Shown: positions 9,692 through 19,603 of the stretch, in pieces
Position numbering within the stretch: position 1 is the first letter of the stretch
Layout: every line of letters starts with the position of its first letter
Made by a program: the position numbers and the translations under genes
From: an uncultured Planctomycetales bacterium
GTDB taxonomy: Bacteria > Planctomycetota > UBA1135
Reading direction: 5' to 3'
NCBI GenBank assembly: GCA_964344765.1
Contig: CAYFOM010000011.1
Span: forward strand, 42,951 to 106,950
Length of the DNA stretch: 64,000 nt
Notes under the pieces: model-generated
The model's input: only the letters and a program-made list of their open reading frames with translations
Database searches by the model: none
What the model was told of the DNA's origin: nothing

Positions 9692-10972
9692 TCAACTCTG
9701 CGAACCAGGGTGCGGTTCAAAACCGTGGCGAGTGAAGACTTCATCACGGTAATCGAGAATCTGGCGGACGTAGGCGCGTTTTTCGGTGTAGCTGCCGGGG
9801 AAGAAGCTGCGCTTAAAGCCGTAAACCAGCAGATGGCGCAAGACTCCGGCGTCGATTTTGAACGCATCGACGGCTTTGGCGTACTCTTCGGTGATCGTGG
9901 TTCGCGACACCAAAGTATTGTCCGTACATAGAGTTACCGAGATCCGCTCATTCAGCATTTTGCCGAATGGATGGCTTTTTAAACTCTTCAACACCGGCAA
10001 AGTCTGCAAATTCGAAGTCAAGCACACCTCCAGCGTGATGCGGCGCTCGGCGACGTAGCGCACCAGCTTTTCGACGTACCCCTTCTTATCGGTGACGCGG
10101 CTGTCGGCCAGCTTGTTGGCGTGAAAAATCCACGTGCCATGGCCGACGCGATCCGCTCGACAATCGGTGATCGCCTGGAAAATGGATTCCGGCCCATAAT
10201 CCTCGCCGGCATGCACGGTTTTGCCGAGGAAGGCTTCGTGCGCCATTTCGTAGGCGCGTTTATGCGCACTAGCTGGGTTGCCCTTTTCCGGACCGGCCAG
10301 GTCCAAACCCACAATCGGCAATCCCAACTCGTCGCGCGCTTTGATTGCGGTACGCACCAAGGTTTCCGACGCGATGCCAAAGACCTGCTCGCGCGGCAGG
10401 TCGGCCAATGAGGTGAGCAGCTCTCGATAAGAAGGCGAAAAGCCCTCTGCGAAAAAGCGCATGGCGCAAACCAAAATGCCGGCGCGGAAGGGCGGTTCTT
10501 TGCCGTTTCGCACCACCGCGCGACTATTAAATTCTTTTTCGGCTTTGGCGATGCCGGCGGCGACCGCTTTCAGCACCTCCATGATGGAGAAGTCGTCGGT
10601 GGTGTGCAGCTGCGGCGCAAAGCGAATTTCGATATAGCGCACGCCGTCGGCCTGGCAGTCTTTACACAGCTCGTAGGTCACGCGCTGCAAAGCCTCGCGA
10701 TCGCGCATCACCGCCGTGGTGTAGGCAAAGCCGTGCAAATAGTCAGGCAGATCCTTGTAGGTCTCCTTGAATACCTTTTTATAGAGCCCGGCACGACTGT
10801 ACGCCGGCAGCTTGACCTTGCGGTCCTTGGCCAATTCAATCAAAGTCTCGGGGCGCAGCGAGCCGTCGAGGTGCAAATGGAGGTCGGTCTTGGGCAGCTC
10901 GCGCAGCAGCTCCAGACTCATCTGGCCCGGTTGGGGAGTCGAGTTCATGTCTCCCAAGTTTGAGCCGCGCAT
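9692..10972 (-). CDS. add: Adenosine deaminase family protein
   Basis: LPKTDLHLHLDGSLRPETL metal-binding motif, plus later HAGE and SLCTDN-like (TLCTDNTLV) motifs. The real start may be the internal MSLELL at 10921. Confidence 0.8.
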   Translation of the reverse strand: MRGSNLGDMNSTPQPGQMSLELLRELPKTDLHLHLDGSLRPETLIELAKDRKVKLPAYSRAGLYKKVFKETYKDLPDYLHGFAYTTAVMRDREALQRVTYELCKDCQADGVRYIEIRFAPQLHTTDDFSIMEVLKAVAAGIAKAEKEFNSRAVVRNGKEPPFRAGILVCAMRFFAEGFSPSYRELLTSLADLPREQVFGIASETLVRTAIKARDELGLPIVGLDLAGPEKGNPASAHKRAYEMAHEAFLGKTVHAGEDYGPESIFQAITDCRADRVGHGTWIFHANKLADSRVTDKKGYVEKLVRYVAERRITLEVCLTSNLQTLPVLKSLKSHPFGKMLNERISVTLCTDNTLVSRTTITEEYAKAVDAFKIDAGVLRHLLVYGFKRSFFPGSYTEKRAYVRQILDYRDEVFTRHGFEPHPGSQS

Positions 10973-11973
10973 TTATTCTTTCAAGGGTGAGTTTCGCAGA
11001 AGACGTTGATTCGCTACACCACCCGTGGCTGCTGCCGTTTGAAGTGGTGGATCTCGCCCCCCACCTCGACCAGCCCAAATGGGGCGTGGTCATGGAAGAC
11101 GGCAATGTTTTGCACCCGACCCAGCGCTGGGAATACGCGGTGGTCGCGCGCGTCAACGGCGGCGAGCATGTGCTCTGTGCCGACGTGGATTTGAAGGATT
11201 CGGCGGCGGAATTTTTGCGCAGCCAACCCGAGGCTCGCGCCGCTTGGTTGCTGCGCGTGGAGCGGCCCAGTGGTGCCGTCGACGTTTTTCGCGGGCCGGA
11301 AGCCATTGCTCCGCGGCCGGTGCGCGATCGCGATGTTGCGTTGTTGATGGATTACGGCCGCGTGCTTTGTCACTTTGATTACCGCTGGTATTCGCAATGC
11401 CATATGGCGGTTTTCGGCCAAGAGCCGGACCCGATGGGCGTGGTTGAGTTAGAAAACTTGCGTCCGGCTTTTGAAGCCGGCGACTTGGACGAAGATCAAT
11501 TTTTCGAGGCTGCGCGCAAGCACCTGCAGCTAATTCCGGCCGACCGCAAGTTGTTTGAATCGGCTTGGGGAAGCATTTTGCGTTTGCACGACGACATGGT
11601 CGCGCTGACGCGCCGTGCGGTGGCGCAGGACAATTGGGAGATGGCGATTGTTTCGAATATTGATCCGATCATCGTGCGCGCGTCGCGTCAGCGTTATGGC
11701 ATTGCCGATTTGTTTCAGGGCGGCGTGTTTTCGCATGCCGAAAGCGTGCGCCCGAAGCACGAAGATGGCTCCATGTGGCGCTTGGCCGAACGCGGTTGCG
11801 CGTTGCGCTTAGGCAATGAACCTTCGCTTGCCGTCGCCACCGACGACATGCCGGTCAACCTAGTCAGCGCCGAACAAGAACCGGCCGTCGATCAGACCAT
11901 CGTGTTCCGCAACCCATACCAATGGTGGTACGAGTTGGGAGCGGCGGGTGCGTACTTGCCGCGCTTGCGCTAG
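10960..11973 (+). CDS. Hypothetical protein with a C-terminal HAD-like hydrolase fold; start uncertain
   Basis: Degenerate HAD motifs: LLMDYGRVL (motif I-like), IVSNIDP (motif II), RPKHED (motif III Lys), ATDDMPVNLVSA (motif IV). The N-terminal ~110 aa are unrecognised. The ORF overlaps the divergent add start, so a downstream start is likely. Confidence 0.4.
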   Translation: MSRAFILSRVSFAEDVDSLHHPWLLPFEVVDLAPHLDQPKWGVVMEDGNVLHPTQRWEYAVVARVNGGEHVLCADVDLKDSAAEFLRSQPEARAAWLLRVERPSGAVDVFRGPEAIAPRPVRDRDVALLMDYGRVLCHFDYRWYSQCHMAVFGQEPDPMGVVELENLRPAFEAGDLDEDQFFEAARKHLQLIPADRKLFESAWGSILRLHDDMVALTRRAVAQDNWEMAIVSNIDPIIVRASRQRYGIADLFQGGVFSHAESVRPKHEDGSMWRLAERGCALRLGNEPSLAVATDDMPVNLVSAEQEPAVDQTIVFRNPYQWWYELGAAGAYLPRLR

Positions 11974-12004
11974 CCCACCCACCTGCTTCGTTGTCGACGG
12001 CGAG

Positions 12005-13339
12005 TTAACCGCCGTACATCATGTTGTGGGCCATGCCCAACAGTTTGCCGCAAACAATCGCGGCTCCGGTGCCGAGCACGTAACCGAAGGTTGCCAATAG
12101 CACGCCAACGGTAGCGAGTGCCGGGTGGAAAGCACTGGCCACGATAGGTGCCGAAGCGGCGCCACCGATGTTCGCTTTGGAGCCAACGGCAACGAAGAAA
12201 ATCGGTGCTTTCATCACACGGCGCAGAATCATCAAGAAGGCGACGTGGAAGATCATCCAAATCGCGCCGATGATCAAGATGCCGGTGTTCTCCGGCTTGA
12301 AGATCTCGCGGAAGTCTGCTTTGGCACCAATGGTGGTCACCAGCAAGTACAAGAACACCGAACCCACGGCCGAGGCTCCCTGCCCCTCCAGTTTGCGCAA
12401 CGGCGTGAACGACAAACTCAGGCCGATGATGGTGACGAGGATCACAATCCATGTGAACTCTTTGATGATTTCACTTGCCCATTCGGCGTTCTCGGTGAGC
12501 CAACCAGAAATTTCGCCGCCGGCCCATGTCGCCAAAACTGCGCCGACGATGGCAATGCCGGAAATGGTCAACAATGCCGATAGATTGGTCGGCTTGGCGA
12601 TCGACGATTGGAAATCGGCAACCTTCTCGCGCACCGCTTCCAAGCTGGATCGATCGGCCCCCATTTTGAGGTCCATCTGTTTTTCGCGGCCGGCGAACAA
12701 CAGCAGGAAGGCCATCCAAACATTGGCTACGGCAACGTCGACGACCACCATCAAAGGAATGATGGAATCCGATGCGCTGAACTCTTCTTGAATGGCAATG
12801 AAGTTTGCGCCGCCACCGATCCACGAACCGGATAACGCGGCAAGACCGCGCCAAGCTTGATCGGCGACCTCGGCGGAAAATACTTCGAAGCCCATTAAGT
12901 TGCCGCCGCCAACGACCAGTAAATAAGCCAGCGGGCCGCCAACCACGATGGATGCGGTTGCGCCAAGGAATAAAATCAGCGCGTTTTTACCTAAGCTGAA
13001 GGTGGCTTTGAGATCCACCGAAAGCGTCAGCAAAACCAAACTTGCCGGCAGCAGCCAGGACTTGATGAACTTGTACAGTTCAAAGCCGCTATCGCGCGGA
13101 ATGATGTTGGTGTTGGACAGTAGCGTCGGCACAAAGTAGGCGAACACCAACAGCGGTAGCACCTTGAAGATTTTGTTGAAGCGCGGGCTGGCGTTCATCG
13201 CGAACAGAATGCCGAGCACCGACAACAAAATGGCGAGCACCGACATGGGTTCGGTGAACAGGGGATCCTTCGCGACCGGTTCCAACTCTTCTTGGACCGC
13301 GGCAGCACCGGACATCAGCGCGCTGAGCAAGCTAGCCAT
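12005..13339 (-). CDS. Polytopic membrane protein, DUF819/YjcL-like
   Basis: About 12 predicted TM helices. The overall pattern (FNKIFKVLPLLVFAYFVPTLLSN...; GGANFIAIQ; GSKANIGGAASAP) recalls DUF819. It overlaps the M20 gene 3' end. The alternative start M9 at 13315 gives a 1-nt overlap. Confidence 0.5.
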   Translation of the reverse strand: MASLLSALMSGAAAVQEELEPVAKDPLFTEPMSVLAILLSVLGILFAMNASPRFNKIFKVLPLLVFAYFVPTLLSNTNIIPRDSGFELYKFIKSWLLPASLVLLTLSVDLKATFSLGKNALILFLGATASIVVGGPLAYLLVVGGGNLMGFEVFSAEVADQAWRGLAALSGSWIGGGANFIAIQEEFSASDSIIPLMVVVDVAVANVWMAFLLLFAGREKQMDLKMGADRSSLEAVREKVADFQSSIAKPTNLSALLTISGIAIVGAVLATWAGGEISGWLTENAEWASEIIKEFTWIVILVTIIGLSLSFTPLRKLEGQGASAVGSVFLYLLVTTIGAKADFREIFKPENTGILIIGAIWMIFHVAFLMILRRVMKAPIFFVAVGSKANIGGAASAPIVASAFHPALATVGVLLATFGYVLGTGAAIVCGKLLGMAHNMMYGG

Positions 13340-14397
13340 TCTGCGTTTCTCTTAATCAATTCGAGGTACAACTGCGCCCCATCTTCTTGGGACGATTTTT
13401 CCATCCACTCCCCACCCATCCAGTCGCCGCCGATGACGTCGCGGTGCGCCTGGTGAATGGAGCCGGGCCCTACAAGGTACTTGCGCCGCGGCTGCCATTG
13501 AAAAAACGGCAAATCGGTGCCGAATGCGGCGACCGAGCACGGGTGGTCGGGCAGGTGCTCCAAGCCGTGCATGGGGTCGCAGGAATAGGCCTGGTGCCAA
13601 TCCACGCGTATGCCGCCGTCGGCGGTCCACGGCTGCAGGATTTCGTCGGCTTGGCGGATGACGTCGGCCGCCGGAATGTCGAGCCGGTACATCAGCGACG
13701 CCGACGCCTCGCCGGGCACCTTGTTGTAGGCGTCGCCGCCCTGCAGCATGGAAATGTTCAGCGTGGTGCCGGCTTCACTGTTGTCGGCAATCCACGGCGC
13801 GCTGCGCAGCGCTTGCAACGCCGGCAGCAGCTTTTCCACTGCCGAATCGCACTCTTCCGGATAACCACTGTGACCTTCCGATCCGTGTGCGAATACCTGC
13901 GCGGTCAACAATCCCTTCTGCGCCAATAAAAACTTGTTTTCCGTCGGCTCGCCGACGATCAGCACTTCGGGTTCGGGCAAGGTTTGGCCGGCATGTTTGG
14001 CGCCGACGTGATCGAACTCTTCGCCGACCACTAATAGCAACCCCAAACCTTCAACGCCGTCATCGCGCGATTGCTCTAAGGCCTCCAGCATCGCCGCCAA
14101 AATGCCTTTGGTATCGCAGGCACCGCGGCCAAACAAGCGCTCACTATCCTCGCGCGGCCCATAAGCATCGGGCACGGTATCGAGATGGGTGTTGAACAAA
14201 ATGCGCGGTGCTTCGGCGTCGAAGCTGCACATTAAATTCAAGCGCCCGCGGTCGGCGTCAACCGACAGCGGGCGCACGTTCCATCCGCGTTGCGGCAATT
14301 CGTTTTGCAACCACAGCGCAAGTTCGCCTTCGCGGCCGGTCACCGAATCAATGGCGATCAGCTCGCGCGTCCAGCGCCGCATGCGGTCGAATTGCAC
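13315..14397 (-). CDS. M20 family metallopeptidase (ArgE/DapE-like deacylase)
   Basis: LIAIDSVTGREGELALWL, NTHLDTVP, RGACDTKG and VGEE motifs are typical of M20 deacetylases/desuccinylases. GTG start. Confidence 0.75.
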   Translation of the reverse strand: MQFDRMRRWTRELIAIDSVTGREGELALWLQNELPQRGWNVRPLSVDADRGRLNLMCSFDAEAPRILFNTHLDTVPDAYGPREDSERLFGRGACDTKGILAAMLEALEQSRDDGVEGLGLLLVVGEEFDHVGAKHAGQTLPEPEVLIVGEPTENKFLLAQKGLLTAQVFAHGSEGHSGYPEECDSAVEKLLPALQALRSAPWIADNSEAGTTLNISMLQGGDAYNKVPGEASASLMYRLDIPAADVIRQADEILQPWTADGGIRVDWHQAYSCDPMHGLEHLPDHPCSVAAFGTDLPFFQWQPRRKYLVGPGSIHQAHRDVIGGDWMGGEWMEKSSQEDGAQLYLELIKRNAEWLACSAR

Positions 14398-14403
14398 CGC
14401 GGC

Positions 14404-14883
14404 TTACTGCTGGAAATCAGGCGGCGGCGGGAATCCCGGTCCACCCGGGCCGGCGGGCACTTCGGCCGGACCGGTTTCGGACGGCTGGTCGGGCTGCACT
14501 TCCAAGTGGTCCAGCGTGTGGCGCGGGAAGGCGATCGGCTGGCCGGCCAAAGTCAGGCGGAAGGTGTAAGTACCGAACTCCTCAAAAGGGAAGTTGGTCA
14601 GGCGGGCCGCAGCGCGCACCTTGAAATTCGGGTCCGGCAGTTCCACCGGCGGCATCTTCATATCGATGGTTTTGCCACTCGGCAATTCCACCTGCATGCC
14701 CATTTCATAAGTACCTTGGCCGCCGGTCATACCGATGGCCAGCGAAAAAGCAGGAAGACGTCCCGGCAACTGGCGGGAGTACAGAGAATCGAACATGCCG
14801 ATCAGACACATCTTTCCGGTTTCGTCGCGGAAAGCGTTGTCGCAGACATGAATCCATTCGAGGGTTGGAGTCGGCTGGTCCAT
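14404..14883 (-). CDS. Hypothetical protein (159 aa) with a Pro/Gly-rich tail
   Basis: The ORF heads the 14883->12005 operon and is preceded by TAAAAT-N6-ATG. No family recognised. Confidence 0.5.
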   Translation of the reverse strand: MDQPTPTLEWIHVCDNAFRDETGKMCLIGMFDSLYSRQLPGRLPAFSLAIGMTGGQGTYEMGMQVELPSGKTIDMKMPPVELPDPNFKVRAAARLTNFPFEEFGTYTFRLTLAGQPIAFPRHTLDHLEVQPDQPSETGPAEVPAGPGGPGFPPPPDFQQ

Positions 14884-14889
14884 CCCGGT

Positions 14890-14895
14890 ATTTTA
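14890..14895 (-). promoter_or_regulatory. Candidate -10 box TAAAAT exactly 6 nt upstream of the ATG at 14883 (leaderless-type arrangement)
   Basis: The minus strand reads GAGC TAAAAT ACCGGG ATG. The geometry is the same as at 35353, 56288 and 60448. Confidence 0.35.
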
Positions 14896-15666
14896 GCTCC
14901 GTCGATCGACAACGGTAGCGCTTGCCTGATCAACTGGAAAAACCAGCACCTCGGCAATATTCACGTGCGCCGGCCGCGACGCGACCCACAGCACGGTCTC
15001 GGCGATGTCGTCGCCGCTGAGCGGGGTCATGCCGTTGTAAGTGGAATCGGCGCGTTGTTGATCGCCGTGGAAACGCACCTTCGAGAACTCGGTGTTGACC
15101 AAGCCGGGATCGACCGTCGACACTTGCACGCCGGTACCGTTGAGGTCGATGCGCATGCCTTTGGTCAGTGCGCCGACGGCGAATTTCGAAGCGCAGTAGG
15201 CCGCCCCATTCGGGTAGACCTCGCGCCCGGCGATCGAGCCGATGTTGATGACGTGGCCGGAACCGCGCTCGACCATGCCGGGAATCACCGCGCGGCTGAC
15301 GTACAGCAACCCCTTGACGTTGGTATCGATCATCTCATCCCAATCGTCCATCGAACCGACTTGCATCGGCTCAAGGCCGCGCGACAAACCGGCGTTGTTG
15401 ACCAACACGTCGATCGACTTCCATTCGTCCGGCAAGCCATTGATGGCCGCACCGACGGCGTCGCGATCGCGCACATCCAACGCGAATAAATGCACGTCGA
15501 CGTCGTACTCCTGCTGTAAATCCACAGCCAAAGAATGCAGCCGCTCTTCGCGGCGCGCGCACATCAAAATCCGCGCGCCGGCTGCAGCAAAAGCCTTGGC
15601 GCAAGCCTGACCGATGCCGGAGCTGGCACCGGTCACAAAAACGGTCCGTCCGGTCATCAACGTCAT
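14893..15666 (-). CDS. Short-chain dehydrogenase/reductase (YdfG-like NADP-dependent)
   Basis: TGASSGIGQA Rossmann motif, NNAG, and the YCASKFAV catalytic YxxxK. Confidence 0.85.
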   Translation of the reverse strand: MTLMTGRTVFVTGASSGIGQACAKAFAAAGARILMCARREERLHSLAVDLQQEYDVDVHLFALDVRDRDAVGAAINGLPDEWKSIDVLVNNAGLSRGLEPMQVGSMDDWDEMIDTNVKGLLYVSRAVIPGMVERGSGHVINIGSIAGREVYPNGAAYCASKFAVGALTKGMRIDLNGTGVQVSTVDPGLVNTEFSKVRFHGDQQRADSTYNGMTPLSGDDIAETVLWVASRPAHVNIAEVLVFPVDQASATVVDRRS

Positions 15667-15698
15667 GGTCAGGCCTGCATGGAGAAAAGCGAGTGGGC

Positions 15699-17459
15699 TT
15701 AGTATTCCAGCGACTTCGAGTCGCGCTTATCGATCAAGTAAGCAATGAACTCATCAATAGGCATCGACTTTTGTTCCTTCACGCCGTGGATGCGCACATT
15801 GACCTTGCCCTCTTCGACCTCGCGGCCACCAAGCACAGCCATGTAAGGAATCTTCTCAAGTTCCGACTCACGCACACGCTTACGCAGCGGACCGTCGGTG
15901 CTGAAGTTTGAACGGAAACCTGCGGCCTTGAGCTTGGATTGCAACTCACGACCGGCGTCAGCTTGCTCTTCGGTGATCGGCAAAACCGCGACCGAAGTCG
16001 GGCACAACCAAAGCGGGAACCAAGCGCCAAAGTGCTCGATCAAACCGCCGACGAATCGCTCCATCGAACCAAAGATCGCGCGGTGCACCATGACCGGACG
16101 CTTCAGGTCGTTATCCGAATCGTTGTATTGAATGTCGAAGCGCTCCGGCAGGTTAAAGTCCACCTGCACCGTCGGGCCCTGCCATTCGCGGCCGAGCGCG
16201 TCCTTGATCTTGAAGTCGATCTTCGGACCGTAGAACACGCCACCACCTGGGTCGTCCTCCAATTCCAATTCACGAGTCGCGGCAGCCGCCTTCAATGCGT
16301 CCATCGCGTGCTCCCAAATCTCATCGGTACCGAGGTACTTCTCAGGGCGCGTCGCCAAGTACGCGGTGTACTCATAACCAAAGGTGCTGAGAATGGTGTG
16401 CACCATTTCCAACACGCCGACAATCTCGTCGGCCAGCTGCTGCGGCGTGCAGAAAATGTGTGCATCGTCTTGGGTAAAGCCGCGCACTCGCAACATGCCG
16501 TGCAAAGTTCCGCTCGGCTCGTAACGGTAAACGGTGCCCAACTCGGCGTAACGCACCGGCAACTCGCGATAGCTATGACGGCGCGAGTTAAAGATGGTGA
16601 CGTGGCCCGGGCAGTTCATCGGCTTGACCCGATGCGGACGATCGTCGACGTCCATCGGCGCCCAAATCATGTCGGCGTAATTCTGCAAGTGACCCGATTG
16701 ACGGAACACCGGCTCGCCGGCAACGTGCGGCGTGTAAACCGGCCAGTAGTTATCGGCGTAGTGCAAATCCCACCACCACTGCTCCAACTGGCGGCGCACA
16801 TGGCCGAGCTTGGAATGCCAGAACACCAAACCGGCACCGAAGTCCGGGTTCAGCGAGAACAGATCCAGCTCGCGACCCAACCGACGGTGGTCGCGCTTTT
16901 TGATCTCTTCCAAGTAATCCATGTACAAGCGCAAGTCCTTCTTCGAGAACCATGCGGTGCCATAGATGCGCTGCAGCATGGCCTTATCCGAATCGCCGCG
17001 CCAATAAGCACCGGCAACCGAAGTCAGCTTGAACGCATCCTTGCGAATTTGCTTGGCCTCTTCGACGTGCGGGCCTTCGCACAAATCCGACCAAGTGCCA
17101 TGGTCGTAAAAGGTGATGTCTTCACCCTCCGGAATGTCGTCAAGCAACTCAATCTTGTAGTCCTGACCACTTTCTTTCAGCCGCGCAATGGCTTCCTCGC
17201 GTGTCATCGACGAGCAAGTGAACTCACCCGCCTCGGTCAAAATCTTGCGCATCTCATCTTCGATCGCCGGCAGATCGTCGTCGGTCAACGCGCGCGGCAG
17301 GTCGAAGTCGTAGTAAAAACCGTTTTCGATGGGCGGACCAATCGCCACCTTTCCTTCGGGGAACAGGCGCAGCACCGCGTCGGCCATGATGTGGCTGACA
17401 CTGTGGCGAAGGGCTTCCAGCGAAACCGGACCTTTTTGGGGTTGAAAGGGCAAAGTCAT
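15699..17459 (-). CDS. thrS: Threonine--tRNA ligase, lacking the N-terminal TGS domain
   Basis: It begins at the editing-domain motif RHSVSHIMADAV...GPPIENGFYYDF. Class II catalytic core and anticodon-binding domain follow. 586 aa. Confidence 0.9.
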   Translation of the reverse strand: MTLPFQPQKGPVSLEALRHSVSHIMADAVLRLFPEGKVAIGPPIENGFYYDFDLPRALTDDDLPAIEDEMRKILTEAGEFTCSSMTREEAIARLKESGQDYKIELLDDIPEGEDITFYDHGTWSDLCEGPHVEEAKQIRKDAFKLTSVAGAYWRGDSDKAMLQRIYGTAWFSKKDLRLYMDYLEEIKKRDHRRLGRELDLFSLNPDFGAGLVFWHSKLGHVRRQLEQWWWDLHYADNYWPVYTPHVAGEPVFRQSGHLQNYADMIWAPMDVDDRPHRVKPMNCPGHVTIFNSRRHSYRELPVRYAELGTVYRYEPSGTLHGMLRVRGFTQDDAHIFCTPQQLADEIVGVLEMVHTILSTFGYEYTAYLATRPEKYLGTDEIWEHAMDALKAAAATRELELEDDPGGGVFYGPKIDFKIKDALGREWQGPTVQVDFNLPERFDIQYNDSDNDLKRPVMVHRAIFGSMERFVGGLIEHFGAWFPLWLCPTSVAVLPITEEQADAGRELQSKLKAAGFRSNFSTDGPLRKRVRESELEKIPYMAVLGGREVEEGKVNVRIHGVKEQKSMPIDEFIAYLIDKRDSKSLEY

Positions 17460-17610
17460 GTCTTTTTCTCGGCCGGCCGTACCTGGGCCGTGCGAGGCGC
17501 AAAGTCTAGCCTAAGCCCCCTACCGACGGCAGCTTGAGCGCCAAAATGCCGCCGATTTTTCCAAAACTCCGCTCCTGACCTCAGGAATTTTCAATTTCTG
17601 CCGATTTTTA

Positions 17611-17638
17611 ACTACCACGGTAAAACTACCCGAGTAGT
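17611..17638 (+). promoter_or_regulatory. Candidate BlaI-family operator: ACTAC half-site plus ACTAC-CCGA-GTAGT dyad
   Basis: ACTAC at 17611-17615. Perfect inverted repeat ACTAC(17625-29)-N4-GTAGT(17634-38), 45 nt upstream of the blaI ATG. Confidence 0.35.
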
Positions 17639-17682
17639 CTGGATGTCTGACGCGCCACCACCGTGGCACCTTCGCCAAAGAC

Positions 17683-18078
17683 ATGAGTAATCGACATCAA
17701 TTGGGGGATTTGCAATTAGCCATCATGCGTGTGCTGTGGTCTCGGGGGGAGGCCACAGCGTCCGCTGTGCACGCGGCTCTGTTAGAAGAGCGCGGCCTGG
17801 CTCCCACCACTATTGCAACGATGTTGCGCAAGATGGAAGACAAGGGTGTGGTCCGCCACCGCACCCAAGGTCGCCAGTTCATTTATCAGCCCACCATCGC
17901 CGAAACCGACGTGCGCGTCGGCATGGTCGGTGACTTGGTCGATCGCCTTTTCCGCGGCAACCCGCGCGAATTGGTCAACCACATGCTCGACGCCGGCGAT
18001 CTTGATGCCAACGAATTAGGTGAGCTGATCAAGATGCTGCAACGCAACGCCCCGGCCACGGAGGACGAAGCATGTTGA
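17683..18078 (+). CDS. blaI: BlaI/MecI/CopY family transcriptional repressor
   Basis: Winged-helix N-terminus LGDLQLAIMRVLWSRGEATASAVHAAL...TIATMLRKMEDKGVV. 131 aa. It overlaps the blaR1-like gene by 7 nt. Confidence 0.85.
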   Translation: MSNRHQLGDLQLAIMRVLWSRGEATASAVHAALLEERGLAPTTIATMLRKMEDKGVVRHRTQGRQFIYQPTIAETDVRVGMVGDLVDRLFRGNPRELVNHMLDAGDLDANELGELIKMLQRNAPATEDEAC

Positions 18079-19568
18079 TCTGGCTTTACTCCTTCTTGGT
18101 GCAAAGCACGCTGTTCCTCGGCGCCACTTGGCTGTTGCTCAAACTGGTTCCGCGCATCAGTCTGCGCAGCCGCGAAATCGCTTGGAACACCGCGATCCTT
18201 GCTGCCCTTGTCGGCCCCGCGTTGCACGTTCTTTGGCCCAACCTTTTGCCGACGCCTTGGCAACTTCCGCAAGGCATCGCCATGACCGCGCCGGTCGAAA
18301 CCGCCGTCGACACCAATCCCATCCTGCCGCCCGAACTGCGCGGCCGGCCCGATGATCTCAGTGAGTTGCTGCACCGCGGCAACTATCCGCCGAGGAACCT
18401 CACACTGGCCGTCACCCCGGCCATGGAAGACCCTGACTTGGTCGCTGCACCGACTGGTCCCGGTTTTTGGAGTTTCTGGCTGACGCGGCTCTGGGTCATC
18501 GGCGCCTGTCTTTCCTTGATGGGTTTTGCCTGGCGCTATACGCGATTCCAGCAATTACTCGTCGACCGCACGCCGGTACTGGACGGTCATGTGCGCTTAA
18601 TGCTCGACCGTTTGCGTCTCGCCGCCGGCTTGCCGCGCCCGATCCGGTTGACGTCTTCCACTAGCTTGGGATCGCCGGTTGCGATCGGCGTCGGCCGCAA
18701 CGCCGAAATCTGCTTGCCGATGCGCGCTTTGGAATCGATGCCGGCCGAGCAAGTCCGCGCGATGCTCGGTCACGAAGTCGCCCACCACATGCGCCGCGAC
18801 CCGGTGCACCTAATTGCTCTCAATTTGCTGCAAGCTCTGTTTTTCTTCCAGCCGCTGCTGCGCGTCGCGCGCGCCGACTTGCACCAAATCGCCGAACAAC
18901 AGTGCGACGCCTGGGGTTCCCATCAAGCTGGAGATCGCTGGTCGATGGCTCGCTGCCTCGCCGAAGTCGCCACCTGGCTGTTGCCCGCCGACGCCACCCA
19001 TGTCGCCGCCGGCATGGCGCGCAAGCGCTCGCAACTGACCACGCGCGTGCGTTCGTTGATGGATGAAAATCACGACGCCGACGCAATCGCCGGCGCCATG
19101 GGTGCACGTAAACACCTAGCGGTCGCCGGGCTGGCACTCATTGCCGCGCCGTTCTTTGCGCCGCAGGTGGTGAGTTCGCCGCCCAACGAGGAATTGGACT
19201 CTGCAACGCAATCAGCCGATCCGCTCGCATTAGGCGACTCTCACGAGGATTCCAACGTGCAGGGTCATGGTCTTTTTGAGCAAGAGCCTGCTGCCGAAGC
19301 CGGTCCGGTTTGGCATCCCAAACTTGGCCCCGACGCGGTTGAATTCTTAACCGCCTGGGATCTGAATCTCGCCGAAGTCCAATACAGCATCTACTTGATT
19401 CGCACTGATCTCGGCCCCTTGGTCGAGCATCCTCGATTCAAGTCCAAAGTCACCAAACTTGAAAATCATCTGCACACTCTAATGCGGATGCGAAATCTGC
19501 TTGAGCAGATTCTCATCCTGCTTTCTTCGGAGGACGGGCCCTCCTCCGAGGGAGCAGCTAACCACTAA
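18072..19568 (+). CDS. BlaR1-like M56 peptidase signal transducer (anti-repressor)
   Basis: N-terminal TM helices and a HEVAHHMRRDP zinc motif, in the position typical for M56. Genetically coupled to blaI. Confidence 0.8.
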   Translation: MLIWLYSFLVQSTLFLGATWLLLKLVPRISLRSREIAWNTAILAALVGPALHVLWPNLLPTPWQLPQGIAMTAPVETAVDTNPILPPELRGRPDDLSELLHRGNYPPRNLTLAVTPAMEDPDLVAAPTGPGFWSFWLTRLWVIGACLSLMGFAWRYTRFQQLLVDRTPVLDGHVRLMLDRLRLAAGLPRPIRLTSSTSLGSPVAIGVGRNAEICLPMRALESMPAEQVRAMLGHEVAHHMRRDPVHLIALNLLQALFFFQPLLRVARADLHQIAEQQCDAWGSHQAGDRWSMARCLAEVATWLLPADATHVAAGMARKRSQLTTRVRSLMDENHDADAIAGAMGARKHLAVAGLALIAAPFFAPQVVSSPPNEELDSATQSADPLALGDSHEDSNVQGHGLFEQEPAAEAGPVWHPKLGPDAVEFLTAWDLNLAEVQYSIYLIRTDLGPLVEHPRFKSKVTKLENHLHTLMRMRNLLEQILILLSSEDGPSSEGAANH

Positions 19569-19603
19569 AGCCAACCTGCAAACAAACTCCACTCACCTGA
19601 ATC

